Shown: positions 37,573 through 52,170 of the stretch, one piece after another
How the letters are laid out: each line of letters opens with the position of its first letter
How positions within the stretch are numbered: the first letter of the stretch is position 1
Assembly (NCBI GenBank): GCA_951406725.2
Contig: OX597817.1
Span: 125,054,001 to 125,118,000 of the forward strand
Source of the DNA: Octopus vulgaris
Taxonomy: Eukaryota
Length of the DNA: 64,000 bases
Direction of reading: 5' to 3'
Notes under the pieces: model-generated
Databases searched by the model: none
What the model was told of the DNA's origin: nothing
Seen by the model: the letters and a program-made list of their open reading frames with translations, nothing else
Position numbers and translations under genes: made by a program

Positions 37573-39909
37573 GTTTCTTTCCAATGGTTGTAATGGATCC
37601 TCTCATGGACGAGGGCATGTCCTGCCCTTTCTGTGTAGATGTAGAGATTCAAAGCTAATACCACCTGGCTTGAATATAATGATAACAGTGGATTCAATTA
37701 AAGCTAGGAGAGTAGCGGAAAGGGCAGGACATGCCCTCATCTGTGAGAGGATCCATTATAACCATTGAAAAGAAACATCAACTAAATAATGAAATCAAAG
37801 AGAGTTTATCTTCATTACTGAGGAAAATAACCACTGATGATGAGAGAAAGGGAATCCAACAAGATCTAGAAAATTCATACATGAAAGAATTTGAAATAGT
37901 GAAGACACACCAGATTAAGAAGTTTATGAAACTCAAAGGTCAGAGAATGAAGACTGAAGTCCGTCACCCACCTGTGAAAGCAGTAATTAATGTAAGTAGC
38001 TGACACCTAAAAAGCTCTGAAGAAGCAGTACTAAACAAAGGTCTTGACTTTGTGACAACCATCGAGCACATTCCATACTTGAACATAATAGCCCCTATTG
38101 AAGAGATAGCCATGAAGATTCCAAAAGTTCAGGGAGATGAACTAAGATGGAAAGTGTGACAGGTACTAGGAAAAGCGAAACTTCCCAAACCAACATCACT
38201 ATGGAAGAAAAGTTTGCTATCAAAAGAGTGACAATTCCATCATAATACTTCTGGCAGACTCGGAAAAATTGGTAAGTCTTATAAGTGATGGTAGCTACAG
38301 CAAAGTAAAGAAAGACCCAACTTGACAACAGAGAAGAAGTTGTCACAGGGTCTGTTGGCAAGAACAAGGATCACTTTACACCAATGAAGAAATTGATCAA
38401 GAACAAGGGTCACTTTACACCAATGAAGTACAGACAATTGACTCAACATTACAGTATACTACCATACATGTACAGTCTCCCTAAGATTCACAAGGATGGT
38501 ATTCCATTAAGACCTATAGTGAGCAGTAGAGGTTCAGCATGTCATCCACTGAGCCACTTCCTTATGGATATAATCAGTCCAGCAGCAGGAAAGTCAACAT
38601 CATATGTGAAGAATTCCACCCACTTCACTGAATTGATCAATGATACCCCCATTGAATCCAACCAGATGGTGAGTCTAGTTGTGATAAGTTCATTCATTAA
38701 AGTCTCAACTGGTGAAGCACTATCAGTGATTCAAGAAAAACTAGTGACAGACACCCATCTAAAAGAACGTGCTAGTATACTAATAAGAAACTTGATGGAA
38801 ATGTTGACCTTCTGTGTAGAAACTACCTATTTCAATATGGACAATGATATATATTGACACAAAGAGGGTTTAGCTATGGGTTTGCCATTATCACTGATAA
38901 TAGCCAACATATACATGGAATACTTTGAGAATTTGGCTTTAGGATCAACATCACTAAAACCAACCCTATGGCTGCGATATGTTGATGACACCTTTATTCT
39001 CTGGCCCCACTAGGAAGATGTCCAAGTGCTGTTAGATCATGTGAACTCAATAAAGCCATCCATATAGTTCACAATGTAAAAGGAAAAAGACAATCAGTTA
39101 GCTTTCCTGGACATATTAATAACATGCACCAAGTATGGATTCAGGACATCCGTATACTGCAAGCCAACCTTCACTGGACAATACCTTAACTTCGATTCCT
39201 ACCATCCATACAATGTAAAGAGAGAAATTGCTCAGTGCCTAAGACATCAAGCAAAGAATATAAGTTGCGATCGTGATACCCACCACGAAAAAATGATCAA
39301 GATCAGCTACAATCTATTAAGCAACAACTACCCCAAAACATAGTATCTACTCCAATTATGAAGAAAAGAGAGGATGCAAACAATAAACTGTCTACAGTCT
39401 GTGTACCCTATGTGAAGGACCTCTCCGTGAGGATACAAAAGATATGTGGCCCATATGTCATCAGGACAGTATTCAAAAGTAATACAACACTTTGAAAATA
39501 TTTCCTTCAGATAAAACCACCAATAGAAGAGAATATGACCAAAGACTTTGTGTACTCCATCCCATGCAGCTGTGGTAGGTTATACAAAGGCGAAACATGC
39601 AGCCCCTTCAAAATAAGGGTAGAGGATCATTGCAGAGCTGTGACACAAGGAAATATTGATAAATCGGTTATAGCTGATCATGTATGGAAAAATGGAGACC
39701 ACCTCCTCCTGTGGGATGAAGTTAAATTAATAGACAGAGAACACCACTGGAAAATACGGAAACTAAAAGAAGCAGCACATATGCTAGGACACAACAACCT
39801 TCTAAGCAGATCGAGTGCAGATATGAATAGCATATGGGCACTAGTTTTAAGGAAAGATAGGAAAATATTAAATTTATTAACCCTAAAATTCACTCCAGAA
39901 GTGCCCACA

Positions 39910-39981
39910 GGCATATGGTGTAGTGGTTACGAGTGTGGGCTACTAACCCCAAGACTCCGTGTTTGATTCCAGGCAGTGACC
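39910..39981 (+). promoter_or_regulatory. tRNA-like Pol III internal promoter within the PLE 3' region
   Basis: A box TGGTGTAGTGG (39916-39926), anticodon-like GGG-CTACTAA-CCC, B box GTTTGATTCC (39961-39970). Confidence 0.65.
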
Positions 39982-40080
39982 TGAGGAATAATAATGATGA
40001 TGATGATGATGATGATGATAATAATAATAACATCGAAAAATACTTTAGGAATGAGAACACACATTCGAAATTTCCCCAAG

Positions 40081-40124
40081 ACACATGATGAAGGCTGGAG
40101 GGTATATCAGCTGAAACGTTGCGT
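40081..40124 (+). ncRNA. Minimal hammerhead motif (first core C mutated)
   Basis: ACAC-ATGATGA-A-GGCTG[GAGGGTATAT]CAGCT-GAAA-CG-TT-GCGT. Confidence 0.7.
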
Positions 40125-40596
40125 AAACAACAAACAAGATGAGGACAAATATTCGTCAAATGTAAATAATGTACACTCTAGTGGAATTTCAATATCAAAA
40201 TAGGAATATAAAATGACTAAATAAAATTATTTTTTAATCCAGATGTCTGTTTAATCTACCATTCAGCACTATTAATGATAATTATTTTTAACATATCTAC
40301 AAATCCATATATTTTTCATGGGATAATATAGGTGGTTTAAATTAACACCACATCGAAGCAACGCACTTCAAGGATTTTGTCAGTTGTTTTGTCTATTCAC
40401 CTATCCTTCTCTAAGTAATAGCCGTTTCTTGTAGAAGAGGTAAGTCAAACGATCTCAGTGAAAGAATGGCACTTACTTTTACTGACCTTGGAGGAATGAA
40501 AGGCTAAATTGAGCTTGGAAGGATTGAACTCAGTATGTAAAGAGCAGGAACAAATTCATTGAAATGAATATCTTAATCACATTTCTATACTTGTGC

Positions 40597-40657
<61 letters not shown>

Positions 40658-41035
40658 ACATGCACGTGCACGCATGTGTGCATGTACACAGATGTATCTA
40701 CCTAGTTATTTGTATCAAGATAGTGACGTATGTTAATCCCTATTAGAAAATAGTCATGTGCTAATAAGTATATATGTGTATGTAAAATGAGACTTTCCAG
40801 AAATAACAATAAAATACATTTGTCAGAATTGGATGCAAACTCAGTCCAGGACAACTACATGGTTGAGCAAGATAGCATGTATTATCCTAAATTCATATGC
40901 AGAAATATAACAGTATGTGTGACTATCATATCTATAGATATATATATGCATTGTAAATATATATATATATTCATCTAATCTACTCTCATTTATCACCACA
41001 AACACATACACTTACATATATATAAATATGTGTGT

Positions 41036-41076
<41 letters not shown>

Positions 41077-41123
41077 GAACCACGTATACTTAATGTATGT
41101 GCTTCATGTATTTGCCAGTAGGC

Positions 41124-41160
<37 letters not shown>

Positions 41161-41538
41161 CATGGTTTATGGAAAAGTAAAAGAAGACTCCTTGCCACAA
41201 AAATAACTACAAAAAAAGATAATAATAAACAAGAGTATGTATACATAGACATTACATAAATTTAAAATGGTTTATGATTTTAGAGGCTCATCTGAATAAC
41301 GAGTAGTTACTGAAGCAACTAATCTATTGGACAGCACTATGTGCAGAATGCAGAATTTCAGGCTCTAGTGATGCTTGGAATATGATAGCAATGATATCTA
41401 TCTGATATTCCCAAGAAACTATATACCCACCATGTTTAGTAAAGTCAGAGTTATAATGTGCAGTATTTTCTCTTTTTCTTCTCTTACTTCACATTTCTCT
41501 TTGTGTTTCTTTGTGTTTTTCTCCATTTCTGTATTGTG

Positions 41539-41580
<42 letters not shown>

Positions 41581-41652
41581 CACTAACACACACGAACACA
41601 CACAAAATTTACATTCATAGTATGTGTGCGTCTGTACACTTGCCTGTGTACA

Positions 41653-41653
<1 letters not shown>

Positions 41654-41697
<44 letters not shown>

Positions 41698-41699
41698 TA

Positions 41700-41776
<77 letters not shown>

Positions 41777-41778
41777 TA

Positions 41779-41841
<63 letters not shown>
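41654..41841. repeat. Long interrupted (TA)n microsatellite
   Basis: Seen directly; CATATATACTG interruption occurs twice. Confidence 0.95.
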
Positions 41842-41842
<1 letters not shown>

Positions 41843-43632
41843 CTGAATGGATGTTTGCCTACAAGAGTAGTTACAAAGAGTTTTACAGACACATACACAC
41901 ACACACACATGTGTATATGTGTGTGTGTGCAAAAGAAGAAAGCAATAGCATAACTTTATACCAAATCAATACACCAAACTATATACATTAACACATATCC
42001 ATGCATTCGATGCACACACTTACATATACACATACATACATACACACACACACATACATATGTAACTATTTATTAAAAAACAACAGCATGCACACATAGC
42101 ACAAAAAGACAAGATAAGTGCATTTGAATAGTAATATTCTTGTCATTTACTTTTGTATCAGGAAAGCATCACATGAAATCTACATTTAAACACTGACTCA
42201 CAGTTGCTATTATACATTTGCATTCTACAACCTTTTTGGTGCTTCCGATCCTTGAGATATCTTTCAATAACATAGTGGAACCAACTTCATTAAATTCTTC
42301 CAAAACGAATACATTATATATGACAATTATGATGCACCCACATCTATTGAGATACAAATATATTATTATATTCAATGATTGGTTCTCATATTTCTTTTTG
42401 ATTTTATCATTCTGTATTATTTTTATGAAAACAAGAAAGATTTCAAAACTCAGCTTGATGAAAATGAAAACGAAAAGTGATTCTCTGCTCTATATTACAG
42501 AAATATGGAGCATATGGAATTGTCACAAAATAAAAATTTCACAAAACATCAAAGTTAAGATTAACAGCTGCCAATATCTATCGGGTTTAGTTCTTGGATG
42601 AATGATAATTTCTGCAGGAACATTTTGCAGCTGGTTCTTGAAGCAGAAAGATAGCATCCAGATTAGGATCCTAATGTGTAACATAAAATGAGAAAATCAG
42701 TTATAACAGAAGAAAGATTTTAGTTTTAGTTTTAGGTTTGTTAATGCAATCATTTCAGCATGTGCTATGAAATACAAAACTAAGTGAATTTCTTTGAAAT
42801 ATAGAGTTAATTTCAGATTTAACTAGAATATTTGACACAAAGTTTTGCAACTTTATTTTGCTAAGCAGTTATCGATGTCGTAGCTGTTCATGATAATCTC
42901 TGACAAAGTAGAGCTTTATCTTGTTTTTCTGAACGATTCATATCAAAAGATTCTCCAAAATTGTTATAGATTATAAAAGTATTTTCCAATACCTGGATTT
43001 CTCTTTTGATAGTAGTACTATTGTCAATTTTCATATTATACATTGTTCCAATTTCTTAGAAGAACAAAAAAGAGTGCAATAAAATTTACAGTTCTTCATA
43101 ATAAATTTATTTTTCCAGGTAAAATTTTTGATAAAAATGTTCCTTATGTCTTGCTTGATAAGTAGATGTCGAGAAAATTTGCGACTGTAAAACTCCTGCA
43201 ACTTCCTTACAGAAGTTCTTTAAACAGGAAACATCTAAGATTTAAAATAATATTTCATTGCTTTCTATAATGTTCAATCACATACTAAATATGAAAAAAT
43301 AATATTCTGGAAGTACATTGCAGCTGCCAAGCTGCTGAGGTTTTAAATAAGTATGCCAACTACAAATTATTCATCTGTACGTTGTAGCTAACTGAAAATA
43401 TAGTAGTCCAACTATCATATCTCATATGCTTGAGAAGTGAATGTGATTTAAAATTTCATGAAGCCATGTTTCATCTGTGACTGCAGATGACAGATGGGAT
43501 ATTAAATAGGTCACAAACACAAGCCTGAGAATTTCAGCTGTTACTTTTGACTCCAGGCCAAGCTTGATCTTACAGGCAAAGATATTTCAGCTCTGACAAC
43601 CTATCTTTTATTCAGATAGCTAATCTTAAAAT

Positions 43633-43828
43633 TTCGTTTTTGGATTTGGTTTGCAAGATTCTTTATATGAGTTCGTGTGTTGAAGCATATTCTGTTGTGT
43701 CTTGGGAGAGTTATTTTCTTTTTGTGCCTTACAATGTAACACACTCACCGGTAAAATTTCCACTTATTTCATATTTTTATTCTCCTAAAATTTTCGTTGC
43801 ATCTTGTAACCTTTTCAATAGTCATGAC
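43633..43828 (-). mobile_element. Solo 196-bp PLE-type mini-element with 9-bp TSD
   Basis: TCTTAAAAT at 43624-43632 and 43829-43837; same family as 20664-20963; HHR-like motif at 43785-43821. Confidence 0.75.
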
Positions 43829-46294
43829 TCTTAAAATACATTATGTAAAGTGTCTTTCTTTTTGAGATGGTAAGATCTGTTTTGATGGAGATTTGGTTGT
43901 TATTTCTTGCAGGTTGAGCTACTGAAAAGAGGCTTCCTCATTAACTCTTTAAATTAGTGACATTGACATATGAGTCAAAAGACCACCTGCTCATTTCTAA
44001 TCCCCATCATTGTCAATACACTTAACTATTGTCATTTCCAGATATAACTTTCTCTGGTACTGTCATAATGTACTTGTCAATGTTCTCGAATTTCTGTGTA
44101 GGTATGTAATAGCTTATATTTTGATTAATAGCTTTCTGTTATTATCATTATCAGTTTAAGAAACAGAGGTGAGAAAATCCTGATGAATTACTAAATAACA
44201 ATCAAATCAATCAATTGTGTCTTAATGCCAAGCCACTGCAAAAATACTCTCATGGGTTAGCAGTTTCACAGCATTGCTAAATACACATGGGTGAGAATTA
44301 ATATATTTATTTGTTTTCCCAATTGTATTTCAAGACTAAAGACTTTTGCTATTAAATCTTTCATAGCTTTGTTAGCAACATAAATGAAGTGAGGAAGACT
44401 TCAAGTGGAAATTAAAACTGAAAATGTTTTAGTGTTTTCTTGCCAAAAAATTACTGCCACTCTACAGAACATGTCTTTGAAAAGTAAACAAATAAACCAT
44501 TATACACAATAAATATTGTAGACATCCTTCAACAATACTTACTAAGAAGAATGGAATGGCAGGAATAGCAAAATACTAGCTTTAAATAATTGTCAGAAGT
44601 TAGATTCATATCTCTGTTATCTGGGTTTAAATTTTAGTGATCCACTGGATCATGCCACGTGTATTAGACAGTTCCATCACTTAACTTTTAGGGACCCCTT
44701 GTAACTTTTTGTTTTGAAGCTCCATCCCATCAATCAAAATCCATAATCTACATACTGCTCATTCATGGCTATATTTTACTTTATTCTATCTGAAGTTCAG
44801 TATTTCACGTTATCCTAAAGAACATCTTTAAAGTACAAGTTAAATTCATTTAGGTCCATTACAAATTTCATTCAGTAAAACTTCCAGATATGAATAAAAG
44901 AGCACTTTTATAATCCAGGCAACATTCAATGACAAACACGGCACACTTTTCGCTTCATGAAATCATCAATCGGTTCAGAATAATCAAGCTGAGAGCTAAG
45001 TTCTTGTTCAATAGATATCATAGACAATCCACAAAGTCTGGTACACATTTGTGGTACAAAGTAATATTTTTACAAGAGTTTTTGCAGGTACAATGTATTA
45101 CCATTTTATTTCTTGAAATTTTCAGTTAACACAGATAGTTTAATTCTTGTTCAACATCTTAACCAAAGTAAATATGTACTTTGATCTTAACATGCCCCTC
45201 AACTGCGGAGGTCCCCTGTGACCGCAGTGATTGCAGGGGCTTAGGGATGGCCCTGGTAGCAGATTGACAAAATCAGTAGAGTTTCAGGCAAAATGGCTTG
45301 CATTGCAATATTTAGTTAAGACCTTTTGGGATTCTCATTTCAAATACCAGTTAGATCGATTTAATTTTTATAAATCCTGGGTAAATAAAACCAGAATCTG
45401 TAATGAGTTGATTGCAATTATCTTTAATGTTCCCTAAAATCTGATGCATTGTGCCTATTTTGGAAATACCTTTTATCCACATTATTTTTATTAATATGAT
45501 ACAAAATACTTCTTGATTCATTCTTGTTTCAGTATTTAACATCCTAAGTTCAAATCTCATTGAGATTACAGCTACCTTAGAACCTTTAGAGAGGATAAAA
45601 TAAAGTATTAGTTAAGTACAAGAGATTGGTATAATTGACTGACTTTCAATCCTCACAACTACTGGCTTTATGTCTAAGTTAGAAACAAATATTAGAAAGC
45701 TTCACTATGGATATAATAAAATAGTCCACACACTCTTTTTTCAATTCTGTGCAGAAAACAGAAGGAAGTCTGTAGACAGACTGTTTTCCTGTTTAACTGT
45801 TTGTTGACTGCTCCTCAGAGAAAATATGCCCAGTTTCCTTACCCAAACTATAGCCTAAGACAGCTGCTATAATAAAACATATGAATTATACTGCAACATA
45901 AATGAATGCTCAAATTTTCATATATGTGCTATTGTTAGGTACATCTTCTCTAAGGAGGGTCAGCAAACCATGAAAGTACATCAGGAAGCTTTTCATTTTT
46001 TCACACATAAAAAACATAGAAAGAGTGTGTTCATATTTTATTACACTCATTGTAAATCTCTAATATTTCAATTTATTCCAGTTCTAATTGAATCAATGTT
46101 GTGCTTCAGATATTGTTTATAGACAAGGAATAGTTTTGGGGCCAGGATGTTTGCTTCTGAACCAGATGGTTTGAAGTTTAGCTCCAATGTGTGGCACCCT
46201 GAAAAATTTTTTATCTGTAACCCTGAGCTAATAAAGGGCTTGAGAATGGATTTGAGAATGGATTTGGAGAGAGAGAAAGTGAGAGAGAGAAAGA

Positions 46295-46860
46295 GAGACC
46301 TTCGTTTGCCAACAGAAGTGAAGACTCTGAATTTTCTCTATCTTATTCTTACTCTAGCAAATATAAGTTCCATACATCCTCCTCCACTGCTAAATAGGTC
46401 TCCTAGGTAGCATAAGTTATCCACTACTTCGACATAGCCTGAGAAAATCAATTTCCAAAGTATCTGTAGACTTTGTGGCTCTTGTGCATCTTCCACACAC
46501 AAAAACTTTCATTGTTAACCTTTCTATTATTCCACTACACAACTTATGTGTTCATAGCTTGCACTGGGTATAACACATAGAATTCCTGCTTCCACATTTC
46601 CTACATACTGAGCAGAGCCATTTACCTGAAGTGGGTAGTCTTGTCGGTTCTCTTACTAGAACCCTTATCTTTGCTAAGTTAACCTTAATGCCCTTTGATT
46701 GCAGGTTTTGCACCCACACCTGATATTTCTTTTCTAGCTATTTTACAGAATCTGCTATGAGAGTAAGATGATCTGCACGTAGCAGTTCCCAAGAGCAGCT
46801 AGTCTTGAATTCCTCTATTATAGAGGACAATGATGAATAGTAGGGGATCGAGAACCAAAT
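46295..46860 (-). mobile_element. RTE-clade LINE RT fragment, decayed
   Basis: Minus strand DPLLFIIVL..EEFKTSCSWELLRADHLTL (YADDL), KGIKVNLAK, Cys-rich insert, EVVDNLCYLGD. Confidence 0.75.
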
Positions 46861-47831
46861 TCTGTTCATTCATGACTGAGGAAGACCATCAGTGACCATC
46901 ACCAACAAAATACCAGCAATGCCCATGCATGAGTTTATACTTGCTCCAGCAGTTGGCTTCACCTGGGTTCATGCCTGCAGTTTCCATGCTTGCCACAGTA
47001 CCCTCCTACTCAACCAAGCATCAAATAGTTGCTTTGCCAGCGATTGCACAACCTAAAGTTTTAGGGCCATTAAGGCTTGCTCAGAACCTCACAGATGCTC
47101 TCCACCATACTGACATGATTCAAAGACAAGCCAGAGCAAGATATCCAATGCCAATATTAGTTGCAGGCTCAGGAATGTGGAGTCACCATGGTCTCTAGGG
47201 AGAGCAAGTAAACCCTTAAATATTCAATGCCGTTTCCTATATATCTGGTTTTATATCATAGCAACCTTCTACTAGAGACATGTTTTAGTAAAAGCTAGAG
47301 TGTCCCACTCTTAGTAGTCTTTCAGCATGTCATTCAACAACATACATACATACACGTGCGAACACACACACACACACATACATACATACATACATACATG
47401 TGTACATACATATTTATCATTGTCATGGTCATTTAAAAATCACTTTTCAATGCTAGCATAGAAAAAATATTTGACAAGTTCTGGAAAGAAAACCTGCAAG
47501 TGTGAAATGCAAACCGATCACACAAAAGGCAGTGCCCTGCGTGGCCACAGCCTTTGGCTTAAGCTAGCAAAAGCAAAAGCATATATATATATATAAATAT
47601 ATAATGTGTGTTTGTGTCTTCTAACAAGAATCAATATCATGCAAACAGTATCATTCATTTCCAATCATAGGTGAAAAGAGGTCCACCCATGGGAAAATAT
47701 CACCTTGCTAGGAAACAGATAAACTTCGATGAAAACAGGAGCATCTAGACAGAGAATATCTGTCCCAGCATATTCCGTTTCATCTATGCAAACACAGAAA
47801 AGTGATTTTCAAACAACCATGAAGATGATGA

Positions 47832-47842
47832 ATGTATGTATG

Positions 47843-47876
<34 letters not shown>

Positions 47877-47926
47877 TGTATGTATGTATGTATGTATGTA
47901 TGTATGTATGTATGTATGTATGTATG
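47832..47926. repeat. (TATG)n microsatellite
   Basis: Seen directly. Confidence 0.95.
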
Positions 47927-48019
47927 TGCATATATATATGTACATATGTGTGTGTGTGTGTGCATGTGTGTATGTGTATACATTCACACATACACATGGA
48001 CACACAAACATTTACTCAT

Positions 48020-48660
48020 TGCTTATGACAGCCCATCAAAAGTGATGACAGTGTTGATCTGGGACATTTATTCATTTCCAACTCCAGCACTTTGTTTCTC
48101 ATGGGTGCAGACGTGGTTGACATGGCTGATACAAGATAGATAGATCCTGAACAACAGCCACAGGATTTTGATAGTGGCTTCTCTATTCTTCCTGCAACCT
48201 CCCACTTTGTTGGTTTCAAAATACTTTGCTCCAGCATCACACATAGACCTCCATGCCTTGTAACTAACTTCCAGGCCCTCCAAATGTTTGGGATGGATAC
48301 TGCATAAAGTGAGTGAAACCACTTGAGATGATAGTGAAAACGAAATTTGAAATGTCTATGAGACCTGTCTCTCTTCTATATTTCACTAAAGAGGACCATC
48401 TTTGAGATCTGGTCAACCAGCATCCAAATCACATGGCCAAACCAACAGAGAAGATGATGAAATATTCAGGCCTCAGTACTGTTGATCTCAACCCTCAGGA
48501 GTATTTTTGAATGAAGCAGTCACCTTTTCCTTCCCATGAAAATACCAAGGATACTTTGGAACAATTTGAGGTGGAATGGTCCCAGTTGTTTCACCTGGCA
48601 CCAACAAAGGGTCCAGTACTCAGAACCATACAAAAGGATAGATACTTAAACAGCTTCACA
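48020..48660 (-). mobile_element. RTE/BovB-like LINE C-terminal fragment
   Basis: Minus strand LLYGSEYWTL...FHLKLFQSILGI...CWFGHVIWM...KMVLFSEI, RTE thumb-region motifs. Confidence 0.7.
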
Positions 48661-48688
48661 AACATTTATTCAACTGTCTGTGTGTGAA

Positions 48689-48781
<93 letters not shown>

Positions 48782-50360
48782 GTCTGTCTGTCTGTCTGTG
48801 TGTGTGTGTGTGTGTGTATGTGATATTTATACATACATATTGTTATTATTATTGAATACAGATATGCATATATATATACATATATGTACATACTCACACA
48901 CACAAACATACACATGTAAAATTCTATTGTATAACAACCCTTCAGCTATCAGCTTTCTATTTAGTAGTCAGTGCATAAGATATTTATATATTTATATATA
49001 AATATACATTAATGTCTTAAACTCTCTGTGGCACAGGATTAGATTGAAAGATGCTGAAATGAAAACTGATGTCTGTAAGTTCACAGACTTGCAACCTCAA
49101 TGAGAGTAAAAAAAAAAAAGAAAAAGAGAAATAAAATAACCAAGAATTTCATTGAGGTAAATATATAAAGAATCAATTACAAATCCTTTTCATGAGAGTT
49201 AATATTTAATTCAACAAATTTTTACATTTATTTTATGTATATTTTATGTGTATATATGTTGGTTTGTGTTTTATTGTGTTTTCACTATATTTAATTTGCT
49301 TCTTACTTATTTTCTTTGTTTCCTTTCTGGTTGTCTAGCAAAGGTCAGAGAGACTATTATTGCTTGCTACATCAGCACTTCACCACAAAGAATAGTAATC
49401 AGATTCAAAGAAACAGAGATTAGCTGCAGGGAACAGCAGGTGTTGCAGAATGTCTAAGTAGCAATATAGAAACAGACTGAGTTAAAAGTTCTAGTAGGAA
49501 ATGCCATAATTTTGTAGCCACAAAAAAAAGGAAACAATATACCAATGATTGGTCTGACCTGTAATATCTCTGACTTACATAAATATATAAACTGAAATTT
49601 TATTGAATATTGCAGTAGAACCAATGAAACATCACAAAGTCAAAAATAACACAATGAAAAATAGGGTGAAAAAAAATGTAAAATAAAAGCCCTGAAGAAT
49701 TCTTCAAATTTCAAAGATAAACAGGTGATGGTATAAAGGAAGAAAATCAAATTACATAATATTTTACCTGTTTCCCATGTAAGATACAATACGCTTTTTT
49801 CACCTTTACAACTTCATACCCTCAAGGCTTAAAACTTTGTGCATGTTTTTTTTGTATGAGTTTCAAGAGCTTCTTTCAGAAAAAAACATTCTCTTGAGCA
49901 AATATATATTTATAAACATTTACATACTGATAAAAGTGCACAATGCCATACAAATATACATTCGTGAATACAAACTAGCATTTACATTCATAGTCTTATA
50001 TTTGCATAGTTTTCTATATCAATACATGCCTATGAAAATGTGTGTACACATTCATGTATATTTACATAAATGTGCATATGGATACTTAAACTTGAGATAT
50101 ACAAACTTAGATACAAAGATATATGGGTGTATATATGTATAAATGCACAAACAAACTTACACTCGCATACACACATATATACATATATGTGTGTGCATAT
50201 ATATATACACACGTGTGTGTGTGTGTGTGCAACAAAATCACCTTAAACTATATATCTCTTGAAGTCTAACTCATAGTGAAATTAAAATTTCAATGGAGGG
50301 CAACTCTTGAGCAATGTGAATACAGGATAAAAAACTCAACTTACATACACATCCTATCTG

Positions 50361-50399
<39 letters not shown>

Positions 50400-51929
50400 T
50401 TGAGTCCAGCATCAGTGCATATCTGGTACTAATTTTATACCATTTCTTGAAAAGATGGCAGTAAAATTTTTTCGCACTATGCAGTGAACTTAAAAGAGAG
50501 ATAGCTAAATATCACAAAATATTTTTGTTTGCCTCTATATTGAATTTGTCAATCTACAACTACCAATAATAATTTCCACCATAGACACATAACTGCAAAT
50601 TTGCGAGAGAATAGTGAAATTAGCACCAATACTTGCTTGTTATGTTGACTTTGATGAGATTTGATCACTGTACACAAAGAGCCAGAATGAATACTGCTCA
50701 GCATTTTATCAACAGCCCCAGCAACTCTAGCAGTTAATCTGATTTTACAAACACTTTGCCACTTAGTTTAATGGAAGTGAAGCTGTTCTATATGTATGGA
50801 CACAGTGTTACAATTCCTAAATGAAAATGTTTTCTACTATTAATATAAAATTTTATCTATCCTATAAAATGACAACACAAAAATTCTATGGGGTTTTAGC
50901 ATGCAAACAAGCTATTTCTTTTTTTTCTGTCAATTCGCATTGGATTCAATATATTTTTAAGCAAATAATATCTAGAAATTGTTGTTCCTCACTAGAATAC
51001 TGCTTCTATTGGAATTTAAACTATCATTAACACTTAGAGAACCAGCCACTTTTAGAAAACCTGTTTATGAAGAAGCTTGAGAAAGACCACTACCAATCAA
51101 TGAAATCAACTCCAGTAATTAACTGGTATTCTATTTTATTAACTGTCCTACCCCACAAGGATAGAAAGCAAAAGTTATTCTTGATGTGATTTGAACTAAA
51201 TACCAAAGGCATGTTATCAGATGTTCTAACGATCAAAACAATCAACCATCAGCAGGATTTGAACAAAGAACATAATTGCACAAAAATTTATGAAATGTCT
51301 TCTGGCATTAAAAATGCTGTTCTGCCAATTCAAAATGTAAGGTCTAGTCACCATTTGTGAAGAAGTAAATTATAAATAAATAAAATGATGCATCAAACAG
51401 ATACTAGAGAAAAACAACTAAATTGAAACAGCTATGAGCAAATATTTGATTGATAATTCTATTTTAACACACAGGCTTTGCAGCACTACAAATAATATTT
51501 ACTAGACAGAACATAATAAAACGAATCCAAGTATCATAATTAGGGGCATAGTTTAACTTTGAATTCTAACTGATTGTAAGGAAAGTTTGTAATTTTGTTA
51601 GATTATACTACCTAGCTACATATATATTTTATCTTGCTAAATAATTGGAATAAACTGGAGATGCAATTAAGTCCATTATTCAAGTATTGAAGAAGATATA
51701 AGTGAACTTATAGCTAAGCATGAGAATTGTTTGGTGTTGATAGACATATTATTTCATTCATATGTGTAAAACTTTTGAAAAAGATTATTATCAATGTTAT
51801 CCTGTCTAATTTTTATATGATACTGATATAAATGTTCACCAACAGTTGTTCAGTCTTCATGGAATAGTAGATGAATCTTTACCAGACTCCGTACTTCTAA
51901 AAGAAAGGATATATTGGATAACGGGAAGC

Positions 51930-52170
51930 TTTATGAAAATAGACAAAAGACGAAGGCAGGTTTATGGAAATAAACAAAAGACGAAGGCAGGTGGAATACA
52001 AACAAACAATTGTATTAGTATGGCGCTTAGGAAATATAAATAAAACAAGTCTTTAACGTTTCAAGCCTACGCTCTTCAACAGAAAAATACACAGAGAAAA
52101 AAAACACAGAAAGGAGAGAAAAAAAATGCGTGCAGAAGTCAAAGATCAAACGTGAGACGCAAGAGCGATG
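51930..52170 (-). mobile_element. PLE-type mini-element with minimal HHR motif (52052-52085)
   Basis: TTT-CTGTTGA-A-GAGC[GTAG]GCTT-GAAA-CG-TT-AAA; related to 58541-58750; terminal 30-31 bp tandem duplication at 51931-51991. Confidence 0.65.

Larger units (their letters stand above)
37573..40180 (+). mobile_element. Penelope/Poseidon-type PLE, near full length, decayed RT plus GIY-YIG
   Basis: FLCRCRDSKLIPPGL, YSLPKIHKDGIPLRPIVS, GLAMGLPLS, RYVDDTF, LAFLDI, VYSIPCSCGRLYKGET...EDH...IADHV; many stops; 3' HHR motif at 40081-40124. Confidence 0.92.

Noticed and set aside
2828-44190. Isolated CTGATGA/TCATCAG words (about 2828, 4334, 4480, 28217, 37011, 44180)
   Set aside because: No stem II plus GAAA plus cleavage triplet in register
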